Below, in pieces: positions 47,921 through 52,476 of a stretch of DNA of 52,476 nt (the first letter of the stretch is position 1; each line of letters starts with the position of its first letter). Both the position numbers and the translations under genes were made by a program. Origin of the DNA: Fonticula alba ATCC 38817 (Eukaryota > Protista > Nucleariida); assembly GCA_000388065.2 (NCBI GenBank), contig KB932203.1; one strand, given 5' to 3'. The notes below the pieces were generated by a model. The model saw only the letters and a list, made by a program, of their open reading frames with translations, was not told the origin of the DNA and searched no databases.

Positions 47921-49156
47921 ATCCCCCGGCCGTCCCGGCCGCCAGCTGCGACGGCGTCAGCCCCAGCTCCGCGATGAAGGCCGACGAAAAGACCGACGAC
48001 CCATCCTGGAAGGTGGCTCCAATCGGGTCCCGGTACAGGGACAGCACGCTGAGGCCCTCCTCGCTGACGCGCACCCAGGCCCCCAGGCGCCGGGCAAACT
48101 CATACTCATGCACCACCACCACGCTGGTGGAGGGGGGCTTGGCCCCGCCGCCGGCCGGCGCGCCGCCCGGCACCGTATGGGCGATGGTCAGGCGCGGCAC
48201 CCAGCGCGGCAGGGCCTCGGCCGACAGGACCAGGCGCGACTGCAGCAGCCGCGCCGTCGGCCCAGCCCGCGCAGCCGACAGCAGCCCGGCGAAGCTCAAT
48301 CCATCAGGCGAGGGCTCGGCCCCGTGGACATGCCGGGCCCGGCACTGCTCGGCCGCATCGAACACATGCAGCGCGGTGGTCGTGGTAACCAGCACCAGCC
48401 AGCCGGCCACGTGCAGCGACCGAACCGGCTCATTCAGGTAGATGGTCGGCAGGAGCCTGGACCCGGCGCGACCGTGCGGCCGAAGGCCGAGAGGCAAGCC
48501 ACCGGCGGGGGCGCAGCCCGGAGCAAAACCGCCACAGCAAGGGAGTCAGCATCAGGCGGAGAGAAGCAGGGGGGGGGGGGGGGGATGAGGGGGGAGGGAC
48601 ACGGCGACGGCGCAGAAGCACCAAGCGGTGAGGGAGGGGAGGGCAAGAAAAATGAACACCAAGAAGAAGAAGAAGAAGAAGAAGAGGGCAGATGGCCGCG
48701 CCCGCCAGCCAGCCACGTACAGTCGCCCGCTGGCCGTGCTAAACACCTGGACCTGGCCGCAGCCGCCGCTGGCCGTGCCGGCCGTGCCGTCCGGATCGCC
48801 CAGCGCCACGGCCGCCACATACCGCGACGCGCTCAGCGCCAGGGCATACGTCGGCAGGAGGGTCTCCCACACCAGGGACACCTGGGTGCCGGGCAATAGC
48901 CGGGCAGTCAGCCCCGAGCCGGAGTCGGATGCGGCGGCGGCGGCCGCTGCCGCCGCCGTCCCGGGCCGCGCGCCGGATGCCCCCTTCCGGGCGGCCTTGG
49001 AATCCAACGGCCGACCGAGGGACTTGTCATCGGCCGACCGAGCACGCTTCCCGGTGTCCGACACGTCGGCATCACCGGCGAGCAGGCCATCGGCCCCGTC
49101 GGCCCCGACACCACCGGTGGCCGAAGCCACCAGACCCAGGGCCTGGTCGGCGCCGG

Positions 49157-49187
<31 letters not shown>

Positions 49188-52100
49188 ACTGGCGCCGCCG
49201 CTGGCGCTGCTGCCGGTGCCAGCGGCGCCGGCACCGGTGCTCCCGCCGGTCGCCGCGCGATCAATCGACTTCAGCTGCAGCACCGCGCGATAGAGCGACG
49301 CAGCCCCGGTCTCGGCCGGGGTCAGAACATTGGTGGCCACCAGGTTCCACCGTTGCGGGCCCTCAAGCCGGGGAAGCGGAGCAAAGCGCATGTCGCCGGC
49401 CGGCGGTGGGCCGCCCCCGGCCGAACACGTCTCATTCACCAGCACCCCGACCGAAGCCTGGAGTGGCAGCAGGTGCCCCGGCGGGATGACCGGCACCGCG
49501 GTGGCCATCGGGATCGGCTGGCTCACCACCTCCCCCAGATGAACCCCCGAGGCCACCGGCGTGCCGAAGGGAATGTACGGCACGAAGGGCACGCCCCAGG
49601 AGGAGGCCCCGGCCGCGGCCGCCGCGGCGCCAGCCTCCCCGCCCATCGGCGAGGCCAGGAGCCCCATGCGCCCGCCGGTGGCCCCCCCGGGGCCCGCGCC
49701 ACCGAAGGAGGCCGACCCGCCCGGGCCGACCGGCGTCATCGGCGCCCCGGGGGTGCTTGCCCCGCCGCCGGCGGCCCCGCCAGGCGCCGACACCAGGGTC
49801 CCGGTGATGCGCTTCCGGCCCTTGCTATCGACGGTGGCCTGCGAGGAGCGCGGCGTCCCCACCAGGGGGCTGCCCCTGGCCGGGGTCAGGTCACTGCCAG
49901 CGCGCGCGCTTGGCGTCAGCTGGTGGGGCCCGAGCGAGCTCGGCGGTCGGGACAGCATGGCCGCCGCCGTGGCCCCGGCGTTCGGCCGGGGGAAGGCCTC
50001 GGCCGCCGTGGCGGCGGCCACGGCCGCCGGCACCGCCGGCCGGCTGAGCATGTGCTCGAAGGATTCGGCCGGGCCGTCGGACCCGGACAATCCGGCCGGT
50101 CGATACCCATACCGAGTCCAGTGGGGGACCTGCCACGGGAGGAGCGTGTGGCAACTGGGCGGTCAGTATCGGGCCGAGGCCGTGGTGCCGGGGTGCTGGC
50201 AGAGAAAAGGGGCCACGCTGCCGACGGCCGGGCCATGCGTTTGTCCCCCGCCCCCCCCCCCCTTCAACAGCACACGCACAATGTCCTCCAGCGGGGCAGG
50301 CTCGCCGATGCCAGCGTGCGAGAGATCCACCAGGATGACGCCGGCCGCGGAGCACGCCACAAAGAGCGCGCCATCCGACCGCCGCCAGGATAGGTCGGTC
50401 AGGGGTCCGTCGATGGAAATGCGGATGGAGGCCGAGCTGGAGTCCGACGCCAGGCGGCAGAGGATCAGCTGGTTCCGGCTGAGGTTGGCCGGCGGCACAG
50501 GAGGGGAGACCGGACCCGGGAGGGTGTGTTAGCTGCCGCCGATGGCACGGGCCGGCGGGGGGGAGGGGGGGGGAGGAACAAGGAGGGCAGGAAGAAGCAC
50601 ACGAGACAAGGGAGGACAGAGAGGAGGCGGCTGACGACAGGGCAGCGACACACCTGGACGCCGCGATGATGGACGAGTACTCATACTGCGGGACCATGGA
50701 GGTGAGGCCGGCGGCTGGTTCGCCGGTGGCACCGGGCTCCGACGCGGCGCCCTCTGTCGGGGCATCGGCTGGGCCGGCGCGCGGGCCCCCGACGCGAGGC
50801 TTCTCCTGGCGATACATGACCGGGGCGCATTTCTGTGCCCGCAGCATGGCCGGCGGGGCGGAGACCCCGGGAGTGGGGGGGAGGGGGGGAGGGAGGGGCG
50901 GCGGGGGAGCCGGACAGCAAACACTTGTCAGCCAGCGGCAGTGGCCTGTCGGCGGGCGGGGGAAAGGAGGGGAAAAGGGGCAGGCACACGGCGACGCACC
51001 GCGATGGTCACCAGATCCAGGAAACCGTCCAGCCGGAGGAACTTGCCCAGGGGACGCTCACGCGACACCAGCGCCGCGCACAGGCGCTCGCCCTCGTACG
51101 CATGCGGCAGGCAGATGATGCCACCATCGAAGGTGACACTGGTGGCGTAGGGCATGCGCACGCAGGGGGGGGGGGGGGGGGGGGCAGAGGTGCATTAGCA
51201 GGAGGACGGGGGCGAGGGCGGGTGGACACATGGCAAGCGATGGGGAAGAAGGGCGAGGGGCAGGGAGAGGAGGGAAAGAGAGAGAGAGCGAGAGGGAAAA
51301 AAAACCACGCGACCGGGAAACCCACCTCATGGCCAGATCACTGGCATTGGTCGGCGAGTGCTGCAGCGGGGTTTGAATCTCGGCCTTCAGGGTCCAATCA
51401 CCGGTGGAGTCGGACCCGCTGCCGAAGGGGCCGGCCGCGGTGCCCCGGGCCGAGAGCCCGGTTCCATCATCATGGTCCCCGAGCGAAGGGACCGAGTAGA
51501 TCTTACACACGCGCAGCTCGCTGATCAGCACGGCCAGGAAGAGCCCGGCCGGGTCCCACGCCAGGGCGCTGATGGGCCGCGACTCGCGGAACACCTTGAC
51601 ACACTCTGTGGCCAGCGGGCCCGGGCAAGGGAGAAGGCCGAGAGGTTAGCTGACATGGGGGGGGGCAGCCTTTCGAAGGGAGCCGGGCCCGGGGGGCTGG
51701 GGCTGGCGGCACCACCAGCGCGGGCGGCGCAGCCGGCGAAAGGCAGCGGCAATGGAAGCAACAAAGGAGGAGAGGGGGGACGCACTGAAGCCGGCCGATT
51801 GGCGGAATATGCGGACCGTCCGGTCCAAGGACGCTGTGGCCAGGTACTCGCCGCAGCGAGACCACTCCAGGCCGACGACATCGGCCTGGTGGTCTTCAAT
51901 CCGGTGAACCGGCACCCAGGACTCGACGTCCGGCTCGGCGGAGCCAAATTCCCGGATGGGGGCCACGCTACGCCCGGCGGGTGCACAGGAGCACAAGCGC
52001 ATGGTCGGAGGCCGGGGAGGGGCTCGGGGGCGTCAGTGGCGGGGGGGGGGGGGGGGGGAGGCGAGGCTTCATCCATACACCGTGACACGCGGGGGCATGT

Positions 52101-52476
52101 GCACATAGGCGAGGAGACACCGTGGCAAGAGGGGGCAAGGTGCGACACCGGCCGCACGCACGTTGGTGCCCAGATGATGACCGGGTCCGACTCGCCGCCG
52201 CTGGCCAGCAAATGGTACGGCCCGGCTTGGATGCCGGCCCGCGAGTAGGACGCCCGGTAGCCGGCGGAGCAGGGAACCGGCTGCCAGCGGACCACCATTA
52301 CCGGGCTGTTCAGGCGCATGGTCGACAGCAGGGGGCTGCCCTTGCTGCCGGGGGCCGGCGGCGGGACCCCCGGCTGCTGCTGCTGCTCGAGCGTCAGGCG
52401 CCGAGCAGCGGGCAGGGACCAAACCCGGATGGTGTTGTCTAGATGCACCCACGCGTGTGGACATCGGGGGGAAGGG
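46833..52476 (-). CDS. HIRA: HIRA/Hir1 histone H3.3 chaperone, 5' end outside the window, multi-exon
   Basis: WD40 repeats: VMVVRWQP..LLASGGESDPVIIW, HQADVVGLEWSRCGEYLATASLDRTVRIF, ISALAWDPAGLFLA, DWTLKAEIQTPL, LTDLSW. B-motif DSKGRKRITGTLV. C-terminal Hira domain QVFSTASGRLY..LLPTIYLNEPVRSL, GAWVRVSE. Stop at 46833. Confidence 0.88.

Overview
Very GC-rich, intron-containing eukaryotic DNA with five N-gaps. Donors are mostly GTGCGT/GTACGC/GTATGT and introns are often filled with microsatellites or G/C homopolymers. Gene content and composition look like a unicellular opisthokont such as Fonticula (inference, not checked). Most long ORFs in the supplied track are GC-driven shadows. Manual splicing gives 13 protein genes: SRP9, Set2, SAM mitochondrial carrier, a transmembrane pseudokinase, a 3xKazal type-I membrane protein, an F-box/LRR-like protein, a PROPPIN (Atg18/Hsv2/WIPI), Yaf9/YEATS4, MECR, a mitochondrial pseudo-RNase III, an SREBP-like factor, an uncharacterised DHODH/DPD-like protein and LLPH/YBL028C, plus a 5'-truncated HIRA. 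Main finding: four separate minus-strand ORFs and two small exons (30820-38358) splice in phase into one ~2097-aa SREBP-architecture protein (bHLH-Zip, two TMs, SREBP-like C-terminal domain) that lacks the hallmark basic-region Tyr. Two tandem duplications near 43-44 kb are Illumina adapter chimeras. All homology calls are from recalled motifs; no searches were run.
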